Shown here: in pieces, positions 62,174 through 64,000 of the stretch
Numbering within the stretch: position 1 is the first letter of the stretch
How the letters are laid out: each line of letters begins with the position of its first letter
Origin: Azolla caroliniana
Lineage: Eukaryota; Plantae; Polypodiophyta
Length of the DNA stretch: 64,000 bases
NCBI GenBank assembly: GCA_043228905.1
Contig: JBHGNT010000008.1
Span: 20,088,001-20,152,000 of the forward strand
Reading direction: 5' to 3'
Translations under genes and position numbers: made by a program
Notes under the pieces: model-generated
What the model was told of the DNA's origin: nothing
The model's database searches: none
The model's input: only the letters and a program-made list of their open reading frames with translations

Positions 62174-64000
62174 TTATATTTCCTCTTCTACATCATCATT
62201 CGAGGATTCAGTTGTATCATCATAGTTGTCCACATAATCACTATCAGAAAATGAATCAATTGAGTCATTGTCAATGTCTTCATCCTCTTGTTCTCCATCA
62301 TCATTACCATATTCAGCATTGCAAGGAATATTTGTAGCTTGTCGAATAAGTACCCTTCTTGTACTTGAAACTCTCACACAAGCATAACTACGAACACGAC
62401 CTCCTCTAATAGTGCTAGAACTTGAACCTACTAGTCCTTCATCCACTATCATAGTGGCAAACTTAGATCTACTCCGAGTAACCCGACCAATATGCATAGC
62501 CTCGGCTTCCTCAAAATATGTTTGTGCGACTTGAGTGTCAATATCGGTTGTTGATGGAGGCATTTCAGGAGTCTTGTCAATGTCTATCTCATCTGGATTA
62601 ACCTAAATCAAATAATATCATAGTATCATGATCATGATTGATAATTTTAAAACCATAACCAATTCACAAGGCTCGTTAATTAACCTATAAATGACTTGTC
62701 TAGACTCTAAACGTCAAATGTCAAATATGAATAAGAAAGATGTAGACCTGCATTGGAAGACCAACATGAGTTTGAAAGCTCCGAACAAGCCTTAAGTTTT
62801 CTCTAACATATACTAATCTCTCCACTTGTTTCACCTTCAAACGATTCCTCCTTTTTGTATGTGCCAACGCATGTGCATTCCAATTTCTTTCAACAGCTCC
62901 AGAAGAGCAATCCTATGACACAAAGTATTCAACAAACAACATGAATATATGTCATTGTAGAAGATTAATAACATTGACACAATTTTTAAAAAAAACTATA
63001 ATACCTGAGACAATACTCGACAAGCTAATGATTGTAGTAAGGGCACATTGTCCCCATATCTTTCCCACCAGGAGACAGGTTTGCATTTTGCAATGTGTGA
63101 TTTTGATAGTTCATTGCTAAATCGGCCCACACCATTTCTATACATGTCAAATTGATCTTGTAAGATTTCACATTCATCTATAGAATATACCTTTTGAATA
63201 TACCCAAGCCATCCATCTGTCATCTCCGCATTCATAACTATTGGTTGATCTTTGGGCTTCCATAAAGGATGCAAAATATGTGCAACAATATGAATTGGCT
63301 TTTTGAACCATGACCAACGACAATCAAAGCATTCCAAAACCTCTTTATATCTGCATTAACATAAATATGAATATTATAGAAATCAATTATTGGAAATATG
63401 CATAACATTGATGATAACAATGATTCAAAGAAATGAAAAAGATACAATAAATAACAATTGTACATACTACATACTACATAGAAATAATAATATTAGAATA
63501 AATTACCTGTCTTTGTTTGATGTGTCTTCTCTCGCTCCTCGTTGCAATGTGTCTCTAGCCCTCCTCATGAATTCATAAAGTAAGCCCATTGTAGATCCTT
63601 CACGATCAGTTCGCCGCAAAACAGAAAACAGTGGGCGCATAATAGAAATTACAATCATAATTGAAGGCAAAGTAGAGCTGTCTTGCACAATGGACTTCAC
63701 CTTGACAACATATGGCTTTTTGGAGTCACTCCAATCCTCCCAATAGTTGCTAACCACAGTTTGTTCAAGAGCTCTCCAAACTCTTGCAAGCCTCTCAAGG
63801 ACAATAAGAATGTAGCCAAATCGAGTGGCACTTGGCCTAAGAAGCACAAGAGACGAATTGTTGCTGAAAATTTTCCGCGCATTCCTTTTCTTGGTGAATA
63901 GTTTAACCACATAATTTGCTCTCTTGTGCACTCGACGAACCCAAGACAACTTCCCAATATCCTCTAGCAATAAATCTAGACAATGTGATGCACAAGGAGT
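62174..64000 (-). CDS. hAT-family transposase (DUF659-like + C-terminal dimerisation domain), 5' end outside the window
   Basis: Exons >64000-63507, 63350-63005, 62912-62748 and 62602-62174 join in frame through GT..AG introns. Motifs CASHCLDLLLEDIG, PSATRF, LHP, SWWERYG, LSQ|DCSSGAVERNW, TKRRNRL. Confidence 0.88.

Overview
Plant genomic DNA, probably from a non-seed plant such as a fern (inferred from a Tcn1-like chromovirus and a moss/class-IV-like GH19; not proven). The host content is a cluster of four GH19 chitinase genes. Copy 1 is an intact hevein+GH19 gene (10219-11563, +). Copy 2 is a paralog broken by a deletion, stops and a Copia insertion (13128-19409, +). Copy 3 is a decayed paralog (56812-57052, +) whose promoter was split by a 28.7-kb nest of retroelements up to four levels deep (28020-56708). 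Copy 4 is an intact hevein-less GH19 gene (57888-58773, -). The rest is mostly transposons: Ty1/copia elements with readable LTRs, PBS, PPT and TSDs, a chromodomain Ty3/gypsy, solo LTRs, LINE fragments, a hAT MITE and a spliced hAT transposase at the right edge. The most unusual signals are: tRNA-shaped A/B-box cassettes at the start of three gypsy LTRs that appear to self-prime; a widely spaced quasi-palindromic motif shared by four different elements; a LINE family with a conserved 3' hairpin; and tandem duplications spanning element junctions. All coordinates were read by eye and may be off by a few bases.
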